A stretch of 64,000 nucleotides of DNA from a virus: positions 1 through 64,000 of the IMG/VR virus record IMGVR_UViG_3300036770_003326; one strand, given 5' to 3'. Positions 32,054 to 42,481 of this stretch are shown here, piece by piece. The notes under the pieces were generated by a model that searched no databases, was not told the DNA's origin, and saw only the letters and a program-made list of their open reading frames with translations. Position numbers and translations under genes: made by a program. The stretch's first letter is position 1, and each line of letters starts with the position of its first letter.

Positions 32054-32818
32054 TTATTCTAAATCTTTAAAGCCTTCTATTATAGGGACTTTTTGATCTT
32101 TTGTTCTTTGCATCATTAAATCTGTTGCTATATCTACTACTACTACATGAGTGGAAGTATCTAATTCACAGTTTCTCTGATTTGCAGGAGTATCTCTGTC
32201 TACTACTATGTCTTGTGGATTTTTAAGATAACGCATATAATAATTTGTTATGTTAAAAGTTCCGTCTGTAAATAGTTCGTGGCGTTTTGAAGTAGCTGGG
32301 TTACTAGGATTTATTCCTGTAACTTCTCTTTCATATTCAGAACGCCATACTCTACAATCACCATTCTCTTTATAAAAAGGTCTTTTGTATTTACTCCAAT
32401 TAAACCTTTGCATTTCGTTATGGGCGATAGGTACTATATACCCTACAATAAATTTATCTGTTCCACATTCTTTTTTATCTATTACGCATTCTTCATATAT
32501 AGTATACATATGATCGGATGGTAAATCAAAGAACTTTCCTACTACATTATTATTCACAATCACGCCTGCTTGTGAAGCTGAAACTGTTAGAGCGTTGGCA
32601 TTTTTAATTAATGCCGCTAATCCTTGGTTTCTTATTTCAATTTCTTGGAAGCCTTTTTGTTTTCTATTGTTGACTTCATCAAAAAACTTTTTTACATATA
32701 ACTGCTGGGCTTCTGTTAATACGGAAGATAAATCAAAATCTTCGTATCCTGGGGAACCAAAACTAGAAACTCTATCTAGTTTTTCTTCCAACAAATCTGC
32801 CATTTGGTTTGCAGTCAT
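32054..32818 (-). CDS. Ring / head-tail connector protein (crAss gene 73-like)
   Basis: SPGYEDFDLSSVLTEAQ...YYMRYLKNP...CELD..H pattern. Confidence 0.7.
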   Translation of the reverse strand: MTANQMADLLEEKLDRVSSFGSPGYEDFDLSSVLTEAQQLYVKKFFDEVNNRKQKGFQEIEIRNQGLAALIKNANALTVSASQAGVIVNNNVVGKFFDLPSDHMYTIYEECVIDKKECGTDKFIVGYIVPIAHNEMQRFNWSKYKRPFYKENGDCRVWRSEYEREVTGINPSNPATSKRHELFTDGTFNITNYYMRYLKNPQDIVVDRDTPANQRNCELDTSTHVVVVDIATDLMMQRTKDQKVPIIEGFKDLE

Positions 32819-32819
32819 T

Positions 32820-33758
32820 TTATGCTCGTTTTGTTAATTCAATTTTAGCTTTAATTCTTAATTTAACTTCTTGGTTTTCAGGATCAGTAAGATAATTAAT
32901 TGTATCTGTTAAATCACCTAATTCCACTCCGTTATCTAATACATATCGCTTTTCACCTTTGCGTATAATAGCTCCTGCTTCAATTGCCTCCTGTACAAAA
33001 ATTCTATCATTGTACTGAGGATGATTAACTATTTCTAAGAAATACTTAGGGTTATTATCTACCACATTAAGTACTTCTCCTTTTAGCCAATCTTCTGTAG
33101 CTGATGCAGGAATTGTTCTACCTAAAGATTTAATAAATCCAATGATTGCTTTTTTGCTGTTTGTAATTTCTGCAAACTTAACAAATGCTTGAGCTTTAAT
33201 ATTTGCTTCTTCTAATTTTTGAGAAGTAACTTTAGACTCATCTACAACCATGAATTCATATGTAGCTTTTAAATTACGTTCATCATATGATGGACATATT
33301 AAAAGTTTATTTGACATTAATATCAAATATTTCAACATATCTAAAGGATGATTTAAATTTAGAGTAGTTCCTTCTTTTGTAAGTATTACTCTACCTCTTC
33401 TATCACTTCTCCAGAAATTTTTTTCTGTTTGAAGTGTAGGATTTAAATCAACTCCTAATTCTTTTTCAAAGAACTCTTTTTGTGTCATCCCGTTAGGGAA
33501 GCTCTCCATGTATTTTTGGATTTTAACTCTACGTTGGTCATCCAAAATTACTTTTACTCCTCCTCCTTTAATTTCGCTATTAAGTGGAACTTGATAGCTA
33601 CGTTTTGTTTTGTTGTACATGAAAGGATCTTTTTTTCTATCCTGTCCTGCTACTAATAAAGTACTCCATTTTCCAGAAGATTCTACAGGTTTAATACTGA
33701 TTATTCTATCTTGTAAAAATGTTCCGTAAATTACTTTTTCTTTTTCTTTTGTTTCCAT
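32820..33758 (-). CDS. Conserved capsid-module protein (crAss gene 75-like)
   Basis: 312 aa directly downstream of MCP; LNLNHPLDMLKY motif. Confidence 0.7.
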   Translation of the reverse strand: METKEKEKVIYGTFLQDRIISIKPVESSGKWSTLLVAGQDRKKDPFMYNKTKRSYQVPLNSEIKGGGVKVILDDQRRVKIQKYMESFPNGMTQKEFFEKELGVDLNPTLQTEKNFWRSDRRGRVILTKEGTTLNLNHPLDMLKYLILMSNKLLICPSYDERNLKATYEFMVVDESKVTSQKLEEANIKAQAFVKFAEITNSKKAIIGFIKSLGRTIPASATEDWLKGEVLNVVDNNPKYFLEIVNHPQYNDRIFVQEAIEAGAIIRKGEKRYVLDNGVELGDLTDTINYLTDPENQEVKLRIKAKIELTKRA

Positions 33759-33800
33759 TTTGCTGTCTTTAATTTTAATTTTCTCCGTTGTTTACTAAAA

Positions 33801-33835
33801 CGCTCTCCCCAGGCTTTCACCTCTGGGGATGAGCG
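33801..33835 (-). terminator. Intrinsic terminator after MCP
   Basis: cgctc-tccccag...ctggggatgagcg stem followed by TTTT on the minus strand. Confidence 0.65.
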
Positions 33836-33851
33836 ATTCTAGTTTGGTTTA

Positions 33852-35363
33852 TCATCTTTCAACCAAAAGTCGTAAGTCAACAACTTTAGTTGGGTCTTCA
33901 ATCATCATTCCACCCCATTTTTGGAAATGTACTTCATAACCATCTACACGAGAAGCTACCATTTTAGGTGAACCTTTTCCTGCAGGAGAGAAAGGATCTC
34001 TCATACCTGGGATATAAGCCCAATTGTATTCAGGAACTCCTTTTGGTTTAACTCGGTAAATACCTGCGTTATCTCCGTAGTCAAGAGCAAGGATTCTGTG
34101 AGATTCTACAATACCTTTTCCATCTGGGTGTCTTTGTGGAAAGTAAACATCATCATCAAAGAAATCTAGGATTTCTACCATGATAGTTACTCCGTTATAC
34201 CACTCATAAACATTCCATTGTGGCTCCATTAAACCTTTAGTGTTTTTACCACCTAAGTTTCCTGGATTAGTATTAGAAGTCAAGAATTTATCAGAGATAA
34301 CTGTAAATTTACCTGAACCTGATTTAGCATTGATTTGCTTAGAAATCTCGATAGCACCAAATTCACCTGTTAACAAGTGGATAGTACGTTTTCCACGCTC
34401 TAATTTACCAACACCCATATCCAACAATAATTCTAAATGCCAATCAAGGTCATAAGTATTATAGTAGTGTACGTTAGAAGGAGCGATTTGCTCAAAGAAA
34501 CCAGAACCAGATTCGATAGCATATTTAGTCTTATCATCTTTGTTCAAGTACTTGTGGTCAGCTGTCCAGTTTTTCTTACCGTATACAAGCATTCTTGCAA
34601 ACATTTCTTCACATTGGTGATGAGCAACTAAATCTTGGTAGTTAATCCAAATAGACTCAGTTTGTCCTTTGTAATTAAATCCAAATTCTAATGGCTCGTT
34701 TTTACCTTTGTTAATAGTATTACCTGCTACTTCATATTCCATTCTCATAGTTGCAGGACGGTTTTCCATTCTCCAAGGAGAAGTGAAATACGGCTTAGAA
34801 CCTTGGTAAGAAAGAGTTGAAGGAGAAAGTGAATAATACTTAGACCAACGAGTACCGATAGCAAGCTCTTCAGATGGTACAGATTTAGTAGCATTGTCTG
34901 TTACTAATTCTACTTCGTATTTATAACGAGAACCAGCATCCATAGCTTTTTTAACTAATAGATGATAATCATCAACTTCTCCACGAAGAACGTTAGTTTC
35001 TTCAAATAGAGGTTCGTCAAAGATTAAGTAAAAACGCTCACCGTTAGCACCTACGTTAGCAGGGAAAGTACCTGCAGAAATAGTAAGGCCGTTGATTGTT
35101 TCAGCATCAACTAGAGGTAGGTTTTTGTCATGTTGTCCTTGCAACATCCAGTTGTAGAAACCATTTTCTTGTTCTACTTCTTTAACAGGAAAACGATCTA
35201 CGAATTCACGAAGTTTACCTTGTAGATTAGTTTTGTAGATTTGTTTAATCACATTGCTAATCAATTGTGGTTTTTGTTGGTACAATGAGTAAAAGTGATT
35301 ATCAGTCACTAACCCGTTGTAATCTTTAGCTTCGTACTTTTGTAATGGAAGTAATTGAGCCAT
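33852..35363 (-). CDS. Major capsid protein (crAss-like)
   Basis: 503 aa; GLVTDNH N-terminus, GSGFFEQI, TGEFG and C-terminal DGYEVH...DPTK; follows portal and gene-77-like ORFs. Confidence 0.88.
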   Translation of the reverse strand: MAQLLPLQKYEAKDYNGLVTDNHFYSLYQQKPQLISNVIKQIYKTNLQGKLREFVDRFPVKEVEQENGFYNWMLQGQHDKNLPLVDAETINGLTISAGTFPANVGANGERFYLIFDEPLFEETNVLRGEVDDYHLLVKKAMDAGSRYKYEVELVTDNATKSVPSEELAIGTRWSKYYSLSPSTLSYQGSKPYFTSPWRMENRPATMRMEYEVAGNTINKGKNEPLEFGFNYKGQTESIWINYQDLVAHHQCEEMFARMLVYGKKNWTADHKYLNKDDKTKYAIESGSGFFEQIAPSNVHYYNTYDLDWHLELLLDMGVGKLERGKRTIHLLTGEFGAIEISKQINAKSGSGKFTVISDKFLTSNTNPGNLGGKNTKGLMEPQWNVYEWYNGVTIMVEILDFFDDDVYFPQRHPDGKGIVESHRILALDYGDNAGIYRVKPKGVPEYNWAYIPGMRDPFSPAGKGSPKMVASRVDGYEVHFQKWGGMMIEDPTKVVDLRLLVER

Positions 35364-35402
35364 TGTTTTTTAATTTTTAAATTGTTAAACGGTATAAATT
35401 AA

Positions 35403-36560
35403 TTATTTTTTAAATGCATTTTCTAGCATATTTAAAATACTATCTGTTTTTTGAGAAGTCTCTACAGATGTATTTCTTCCTACGCCTCTTTGTTCTTCAG
35501 CTGCAATGATTTTATCTAAATCATTAATAGCTGCAGTTTTTGCGACAGTTTTAAGCTTGCTAATATCTGGCTTAAACTTGCCGTCTTTATCTAGATTAAA
35601 TAAACCTAAAGTATCATAGTAGTTAATCAACATTTCAAACTCTACAGGATTTCTTTGTTGCTTATACATTAAAGAGTTAAATTCTCTTCCTGTTTGTGGG
35701 TCTTTATAAACTGGATTTAAGATATTACTTTTTAGTTTATCTCTTGTCGGTTTATTAAGATTTAATCCATCTATGAAACTTTCTCTACTATCTATATGAT
35801 TTATTAAATTTTCAAATGCTTTTTCTTGCGCTTTTATCTGTGCTTGAGTCTTTTCTTGTTTTACAGCCTTAGCTTGTTCAACATAACTATTAGCCTCTGC
35901 ACGTAACTCAGGAATTGCTTTTAACGCTTTATCTTTTAACTTTCCTACTGATACAGCATCTTCTATAGCATCTATAGCATCTTGATCAGAAAAGTTTTTA
36001 GATTTTAATAAATCAAAATAAACTTGTTTCTGAAGATTTTCATCTTCTGATAAGGTTTGTTCATCTATACTATCAAAGAACTCTAATCGTTGAGCCATCA
36101 TAATAGCTTGGTCAGTTTCGTCAAATGCATCTTCGATTTCTAAGAATCTTTTCTTTGCAGCTGGCATGTTAGCTTTCCAAGCTTTTTCTGCAGATTGAAA
36201 TTTATGTTTAACTGTTTTATCTACTAAATCTTTTATAGTATCTAAATTTCCAGGTAACTTATCAAGTTCTTCTACTTGTGCTGCAGTTAAAATTCCTGCA
36301 TCTAGAAGTTCTTTCATCAATCCTTTATAAATAGCTTCGTTTTTTGTAAGGTCTACATTTGGTTTTGTAGGTTCCGTACTAGGGTTTTGGTTAACTCCCT
36401 CACCTGTTTCCGTTGAAACAGGCTTAAATATTTCACCATCATCTTCTCCTTGACTAGGTGTTTTATCTTCAGATTCTTCATTGTTGGCTACTGCAGAATT
36501 TAATTCTTCAGGAGACATGATTTCTAAACCCTCAAATAAGTTTTCATTCTCTGTATTCAT
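35403..36560 (-). CDS. Acidic scaffold-like protein (crAss gene 77-like)
   Basis: 385 aa with acidic N-terminus, between portal and MCP. Confidence 0.65.
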   Translation of the reverse strand: MNTENENLFEGLEIMSPEELNSAVANNEESEDKTPSQGEDDGEIFKPVSTETGEGVNQNPSTEPTKPNVDLTKNEAIYKGLMKELLDAGILTAAQVEELDKLPGNLDTIKDLVDKTVKHKFQSAEKAWKANMPAAKKRFLEIEDAFDETDQAIMMAQRLEFFDSIDEQTLSEDENLQKQVYFDLLKSKNFSDQDAIDAIEDAVSVGKLKDKALKAIPELRAEANSYVEQAKAVKQEKTQAQIKAQEKAFENLINHIDSRESFIDGLNLNKPTRDKLKSNILNPVYKDPQTGREFNSLMYKQQRNPVEFEMLINYYDTLGLFNLDKDGKFKPDISKLKTVAKTAAINDLDKIIAAEEQRGVGRNTSVETSQKTDSILNMLENAFKK

Positions 36561-36647
36561 TTTGCTGTCGTTATTAAGTTACAATATTAAAATTTTTTTA
36601 ATAAATTAAATTATTAATTTTTATAAATTCTCTATAATTCTATAGCT

Positions 36648-39092
36648 TTATCTTTTAGCTACAGGTCTGTTTTTCTGAATCTCTAATGCTTTAGCTTTTA
36701 ATTCTTCGTTAGCTTTATTAGAACGTTCTGTCTCTGCCAGTTTATCTCTTTGTAAAGAAATATTTTCGTTTTTATAATTTTCTTCTACTTCAGTGCGTCT
36801 TAAATCTAACTCATCTGCAATGCCATTACTATCTGAATCTAGTAAGCCAGATTCTGTGCGATAATTATTTCCTTCTTCTCTTAAAGCTGCTATAGCAATG
36901 TTTGCTTGTATTTGCTCACGTTTAACTGCTATTTCATCTTCATGTTTTTTCATTTCAAACTCTTGTTTCATCTTAGCTTGTTGATCAGCAAGTTGCGCAG
37001 CTTGTTGTTGTTGCTGTAATTGTTGTTGTTGCATTTGCTGATTCTCTTCTCTAATTTTTCTAGCAGAGTCTTCTAGTTTTCTAGCAATTTCTTGTACAGA
37101 TTCTGATTGTGAAATAGTAATTAAATCTGCAATAGTTGCTTGGCCATTTTGAATAGCTGCTTGTGAAAGAGAACGCAAGTCGTTAAACAATTGCTGGTCA
37201 GCAGAAGAGTTAGAAAGATGTAAGTCATATTCTGTAGAGCAGAACTCATCAAAGTGGGTAATTAATTGCTGCCCTAAATCGTCTAGTAAATACTGTCCTT
37301 TTTTAGGATTAGTCTTATAAGCAAACTTACAGCATTCTAAGAATTTAGTAAGAACTCTTTTTCTAAAGTTATTATCTATAGCAAACCATTTTTCTGTAAT
37401 ATGAGATGTTTGTGCTACTTCTCTTTCTACATTATTTACTGCTTCTCTATTTTGTATTTGTCCTTCGCGCGCGCCTGATACTCCTGCAAGTTTACCTAAT
37501 GTGTTTTCTATATCTAACATTAAGTTAGTATACATTGATATTTCATTAGGATCACCTACTTGTATTTGTTGTGCTGTTAAAGTATTAAAACTTCCTGCAG
37601 ATTTACCTTGAGACGGTCCTTTAAGTATTTCATTAGTAGGGTCTAACCAAGCAAATTTGTTGATAGTCACATATCTCACCCATTCTTTTGGATCCCAGCC
37701 TGAAGGAACAAGTGATGCATTGAGTGCAGTAAAGGACCCCTTATATGTGGCTATTGCAAGTTCCCTTTTATAATAAGCAATATCATAAGAATACGCCAAG
37801 GGTTTCATAACATCCATAAGAGATTGGACCTTATAATCATTAGTAGAATTAACAGAACCTACATATGGAGGGGTCCCTTTAGATTTATTAACTAAAGATT
37901 TACTTGCAAATGGTACAGGACGCATTACAGTGTAAATATGGTCGGCTATCTTTGTACCTTCCATCCACTCATTGACCCATATCCACCTAACTGTTTCCCC
38001 TAAAGTTTTATTAGGTTTGTAATCTTCTGGCACATAATCTTTTTGTTGATTGCCGTCTTCGTCTATATATGTTAATTCTCCTATTTTACGTCTTGATCTC
38101 CAACATACTTTTAAAACTCTTACGTTTCCATAAGTATCAAAAGCTCCTGCAAAAGTTCTAACTCCCATCTCATTAGGATGGAAAATATTTAGAGCTCCTT
38201 GTTCGCCATAATAATCATATACTGATATATCTCTATTAAGCCCTATTCCTCCGCCTGAACCCATAGAAGCATCTACTTTTCCTCTTTCTAGAAAATCTAT
38301 ATCTTCAGGTTTAAGAGTATCCCAATAATCATCTATTACTTGTCCAATAGATTTATAACCGTATTCTACAATAATATCTGCGTCTTCAATAAACATTGAG
38401 TTTCCACCCATTGTATATAAATTCATAGGATTTACTCGACGCATTACTGGATTGCCTCCAAGTACTCCACAGTACATTATTTCTTCGCCTCCAACAAGTA
38501 AATCTTCAAAAGTGCGAAGGAAAACAAAATCAAAATCTCCTTCTTTATATTCTTTCTTTAGAATTTTATTAGCTACTATTTCTGCAACATCTTGAAATTC
38601 ATAAGAATTAAATTTTTGTAATTTCTGTAATCTCTCTTGTATTTCCTGCTCGCTAACAGAAGTGCCCATAACTATCTGAGCCATTTCTGATTTAATACTT
38701 TGCATTATTTGCTGTTCTTTGCGAGATATACCATCAGGATCATTAGAGGAAATATAAGCTCTGAACTCTTTACGTCTCTTAGCATATTCTCCTAGTAATA
38801 AATTTACTTTAGAGTTTTCTATGCCGACATGTTGGAAACTAGCAGGTAAAGATTCTAAATCTAGATTATCAGGATTAATAAATTTTTCAAAATCTTTAGA
38901 GCTTATAATATTAGCTCGTAGATTATAATTAACCTTTTTGTTTTTAAAATTAGAGCGAAGATTTACATCAGAGGTAAGCAAATGCTCTGCAAAGTCTATG
39001 TTTTTCTTATACCAGTGGTCAGTTTTTTCAGAGTCTGATAGTTTTTGTCTAGGGAAACTTATATATCCTTGAATCTTTACAGGCTGGCTCAT
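36648..39092 (-). CDS. Portal protein
   Basis: 814 aa; FPRQKL, KVNLLLGE, WVNEWMEGTKI motifs; coiled-coil Gln-rich C-terminus; adjacent to TerL. Confidence 0.88.
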   Translation of the reverse strand: MSQPVKIQGYISFPRQKLSDSEKTDHWYKKNIDFAEHLLTSDVNLRSNFKNKKVNYNLRANIISSKDFEKFINPDNLDLESLPASFQHVGIENSKVNLLLGEYAKRRKEFRAYISSNDPDGISRKEQQIMQSIKSEMAQIVMGTSVSEQEIQERLQKLQKFNSYEFQDVAEIVANKILKKEYKEGDFDFVFLRTFEDLLVGGEEIMYCGVLGGNPVMRRVNPMNLYTMGGNSMFIEDADIIVEYGYKSIGQVIDDYWDTLKPEDIDFLERGKVDASMGSGGGIGLNRDISVYDYYGEQGALNIFHPNEMGVRTFAGAFDTYGNVRVLKVCWRSRRKIGELTYIDEDGNQQKDYVPEDYKPNKTLGETVRWIWVNEWMEGTKIADHIYTVMRPVPFASKSLVNKSKGTPPYVGSVNSTNDYKVQSLMDVMKPLAYSYDIAYYKRELAIATYKGSFTALNASLVPSGWDPKEWVRYVTINKFAWLDPTNEILKGPSQGKSAGSFNTLTAQQIQVGDPNEISMYTNLMLDIENTLGKLAGVSGAREGQIQNREAVNNVEREVAQTSHITEKWFAIDNNFRKRVLTKFLECCKFAYKTNPKKGQYLLDDLGQQLITHFDEFCSTEYDLHLSNSSADQQLFNDLRSLSQAAIQNGQATIADLITISQSESVQEIARKLEDSARKIREENQQMQQQQLQQQQQAAQLADQQAKMKQEFEMKKHEDEIAVKREQIQANIAIAALREEGNNYRTESGLLDSDSNGIADELDLRRTEVEENYKNENISLQRDKLAETERSNKANEELKAKALEIQKNRPVAKR

Positions 39093-39118
39093 AATAAATA
39101 TTTATTTAAAAAACAAAT

Positions 39119-41290
39119 CTATGAATAAAAATTAGAATCTAAAGTATTTGGTACTCTCTTTTTTAAAACTCCCATTTCTTCAAAATAAGGGTTATCTAAA
39201 AATGTTTTTATTTTAGTTACTTCTTGTGTTATTTGTTTATACATAGTAGAGTCTAGCCATAACAGCATAATTAGCGCACTAACCCTATCAAAGTTTCCAT
39301 CAGGATTCCACATAATTAATTCTGTTAATAAAGCAGGAGAATAAATAGTTTCATAAACTCTTAGCTCTGAATTCAAAGATATTTTTTCTTGTAACCAGGA
39401 TTTTACCATATTTCTTCCTTCTGCATTAACTGCATTAGAAGCGTTAATACCTTTAGCTGTATTAGTTCCAGATTTATAAGTATCAGAAGATCTTAGCTGA
39501 TAAGGCGTTTCTGCTAATAAATAAGTACACTTGTTTTGATCAAAGTAATTATATAAACCAATAAGGTTTTTCTCATACATACCTATGGCGTTGTAGTATA
39601 ATAACAATTTTCTACATATCTCATAAAAATCTTTAGCTTCAGAGGTTCTTCCTGTATATTCAGCAACTAACTGTCTAGTTAGTCTATTCATTATAAATAT
39701 ACTAGGCAGTGAGTCAGTAGTAGATTTGTCCTTATCTACGACGTCGATTCCAGCTATGTAAACTCCTTTAGGAATTACTCCTTCAGGATTTTTTTGAGGC
39801 TTAACCCATATTTCTATACAGCCTTGCTTCTCATCATTTTTATTTAATGGAAATTTCCTTATAGGTCTCAAATCTTGTATAGTAACAAAATCTAATGTAT
39901 TATCTTGATTAAATACTAAATGCCCTTTAAAAGAAGCATCTGTGTATTTTACATATTTTCCTCCTTCTACTTCAGCTAGTTGTTCTTTTAATTGTAGAGT
40001 AGGAAAGAATGCACCTTCAAGAACTAGAAAAGCTTCTGAAGGAACCATAGGACCGTTAATAATTTCTGTCTGGTATACAGTAGGATCTGGTGATTTTTTA
40101 GCTTCTTGTCGTTTATTTTCTATAAACATTTTTGCTAATATCTCATCTGTGTCTTTATTTACCCCTGTTTTAAATTCATTAAGAGTTTTAGAATACGGCA
40201 CAAAATATCCTATCTTGCCTCTATGCTCAAATATATCTTCAAACTCTATGCAGTTATAATCTTGTGGATTTCTGAAAATACTTTCTGCATATAAAGCTGC
40301 TCTACCCGATACTAGTCCGCCTGTTCCTAGGGCCCATATAACCAAACTTTTCTTTGCTTTAGATGCTTGAGTGGCTTCAATGGCTCCCCATGATTCTTTT
40401 ATATTATACATGAAGCCAACTTCATCAAGTGCAACTAAGTTAGGTCTAGTACCGTTAGCTGCTAGTGGATTATCTTTAAAAGTTCTATGTCTTACTACAG
40501 ATCCTGATTTACTAGTAGCCTCTCTGTTAGGCGCAAGAGTTCCTGAATAATTAATCATTAATGGAGATGGATAATATTCTTCTCCTAACTGATAAGCTCC
40601 TGCAAGTAATTCTAAAGCAGTAGTAGATTTTTTTAATAACGGTATAGTGTATTTAGTATCAATTGCTCCTACAACAGTATCTGATGCTAAGTATTGTTTT
40701 AATTTACGTCTTTCTAAATAATCATCATAATCTGTGGCTCCGTCAAATAAAAAATTATGATTAATAATAGCAGAGGTAGAGTAACTCTTACCTGATCCCC
40801 TAGCTTGAATACTCATAAAATGTTTAGCAGAGTTTTTATATAAAGGTTTGCCTAATGATTTACCGTGGTTTTTGCGTAGATACTCTCTAGCAGGTATGTA
40901 AGTAAACTTTTTTAAATCATCTTCTGTGATACGTTTAAGTTTTAAACTTAATTCTTTTTCAGGTCCGTATTTTCTATCACAAGTATATTGTTTATCTAGT
41001 TCAAATCCTGAAAAGCCTCGACACTCTTCATATAATAAAAACAATTCCCAATCTATGTCTCGCAAAAATGGCAAGCCAAAAGCTTGTGCAACTGACGAAT
41101 CATCTTCAAACTGTATATTATGAAAATTAGTATAGTAATATAGCGGCCCTGGCATCCATTTTCCTGAAGACCAGTAGCCTTCTATACACTTTCGTTTTTC
41201 TTCTTTCCAAAAATTTACTCTTTCATAGTGCTCTAATACAGGATGAAAGTTAGGAATAGAAGTTAATTTAAAATTAGCGTTATTAACCAT
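39119..41290 (-). CDS. terL: Terminase large subunit
   Basis: Walker A ARGSGKS, Walker B VALDEVG, RNase H-like IAGID...D, GNFDRVSA. Confidence 0.92.
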   Translation of the reverse strand: MVNNANFKLTSIPNFHPVLEHYERVNFWKEEKRKCIEGYWSSGKWMPGPLYYYTNFHNIQFEDDSSVAQAFGLPFLRDIDWELFLLYEECRGFSGFELDKQYTCDRKYGPEKELSLKLKRITEDDLKKFTYIPAREYLRKNHGKSLGKPLYKNSAKHFMSIQARGSGKSYSTSAIINHNFLFDGATDYDDYLERRKLKQYLASDTVVGAIDTKYTIPLLKKSTTALELLAGAYQLGEEYYPSPLMINYSGTLAPNREATSKSGSVVRHRTFKDNPLAANGTRPNLVALDEVGFMYNIKESWGAIEATQASKAKKSLVIWALGTGGLVSGRAALYAESIFRNPQDYNCIEFEDIFEHRGKIGYFVPYSKTLNEFKTGVNKDTDEILAKMFIENKRQEAKKSPDPTVYQTEIINGPMVPSEAFLVLEGAFFPTLQLKEQLAEVEGGKYVKYTDASFKGHLVFNQDNTLDFVTIQDLRPIRKFPLNKNDEKQGCIEIWVKPQKNPEGVIPKGVYIAGIDVVDKDKSTTDSLPSIFIMNRLTRQLVAEYTGRTSEAKDFYEICRKLLLYYNAIGMYEKNLIGLYNYFDQNKCTYLLAETPYQLRSSDTYKSGTNTAKGINASNAVNAEGRNMVKSWLQEKISLNSELRVYETIYSPALLTELIMWNPDGNFDRVSALIMLLWLDSTMYKQITQEVTKIKTFLDNPYFEEMGVLKKRVPNTLDSNFYS

Positions 41291-41534
41291 TTTTTATACT
41301 AGGCCATTTATTTATTGGACATGAGGAACTTAGTGATTTGGTTTTAAAACTTAAAGAACATCCACAGATTTTACAACAAGTACTAACTAATGCTACACAA
41401 TTTGTAGAATAATTACTACAAGCTTTGCATATCTTTAATCTATCTGCTGCAATAGAATCTACATAAGAGTTTTTAACTAGACTATTCTTAATGCCTTCAA
41501 GAATCTTTTCTTTATTTTTCCAAATACTATCCAT
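41283..41534 (-). CDS. Small Cys-rich (zinc-binding) protein
   Basis: RLKICKAC...CKICGC...SCPINKW. Confidence 0.65.
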   Translation of the reverse strand: MDSIWKNKEKILEGIKNSLVKNSYVDSIAADRLKICKACSNYSTNCVALVSTCCKICGCSLSFKTKSLSSSCPINKWPSIKNG

Positions 41535-42055
41535 TATATTTCTCCTGATTCAGTTAAAGAATTTATATGTTTACCTTTTTTAGTTACTTTTTCTTCTTCG
41601 TAATCTTTTTTGATTTTTTTATAATCTTCAAATAATTTAGGTGTGTTACTTAACATTTTATCTAGTTTTACTAACTCATCTGTGTCTTTAGCTTGTATAG
41701 CTTGTTTATAAAGTAACTTAATAGATTCATCACGCATTGTAATTATTTCTCCCCAAGTAACTAATGCTCTTTCTGCGTCAGTTAGAACAGAGTTTTTATA
41801 AATATCTATTATATTTTTTATACTAGCAAATTTAAATTTAGGATCTTTAATAAAATCTCTTGTAAGTATATCTAGTTTATCAGGTATATTATAAAACCTA
41901 GACTCAGGATTATATGCAAAATATACTGCCCAAAGTATTTTAGAACTGTATTGTTTGTCCTTACTAGTATCTTTAGTATAATAATCTTTAAACTCTGTAA
42001 TTAATAAATACTCAGGATGTACTTCCCAAAAGTTTTTATCATATAGATTTTTCAT
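41534..42055 (-). CDS. Hypothetical protein upstream of TerL (possible small terminase)
   Basis: 173 aa; assignment from position only. Confidence 0.5.
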   Translation of the reverse strand: MKNLYDKNFWEVHPEYLLITEFKDYYTKDTSKDKQYSSKILWAVYFAYNPESRFYNIPDKLDILTRDFIKDPKFKFASIKNIIDIYKNSVLTDAERALVTWGEIITMRDESIKLLYKQAIQAKDTDELVKLDKMLSNTPKLFEDYKKIKKDYEEEKVTKKGKHINSLTESGEI

Positions 42056-42230
42056 AATGTTTTAATTTATCCCAAACTTCTTCAAAACTTAATGTGCATA
42101 AATACTGGGTTCCGTTAGTATGTATAAAGCATTGATTATTATATGCAGGGGATAGTGCATATATCTTATAAAAAGTAATAAATTCAGGATCATGATTTTC
42201 GTTTACTTTAATGGGCAGTGTGATATTCAT
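42039..42230 (-). CDS. Hypothetical protein
   Basis: Likely start MNITLPIK overlapping the upstream stop. Confidence 0.55.
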   Translation of the reverse strand: MNITLPIKVNENHDPEFITFYKIYALSPAYNNQCFIHTNGTQYLCTLSFEEVWDKLKHYEKSI

Positions 42231-42481
42231 TTGTCTATGTTTTTCTTTGTTAAACAATAATTAGCGTGACGTATTTTGCGTTGATTAGGAATAAACTTGC
42301 CAAAATTATCTATATGTATAGTTCTAAATTTTTCTGGATTAAATAAGTTTCCTTCTTTTTTATCACTAGATATTTCTTCTTGTATAAAAGTATTAAATAA
42401 TCTAAATACTTCTTCTGCTTGAGCAATAGTTAAGCTATGTTTTCTAGCTAAAGAAATTAATATATCTCTTTGATTATTCAT
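42227..42481 (-). CDS. HU/IHF-like DNA-binding protein
   Basis: Two helices then IHIDNFGKF, the HU-family signature. Confidence 0.65.
   Translation of the reverse strand: MNNQRDILISLARKHSLTIAQAEEVFRLFNTFIQEEISSDKKEGNLFNPEKFRTIHIDNFGKFIPNQRKIRHANYCLTKKNIDK

Noticed and set aside
39119-41290. Intein or intron in TerL
   Set aside because: Continuous ORF of plausible length with no intein splice motifs (C/S...HN) noticed
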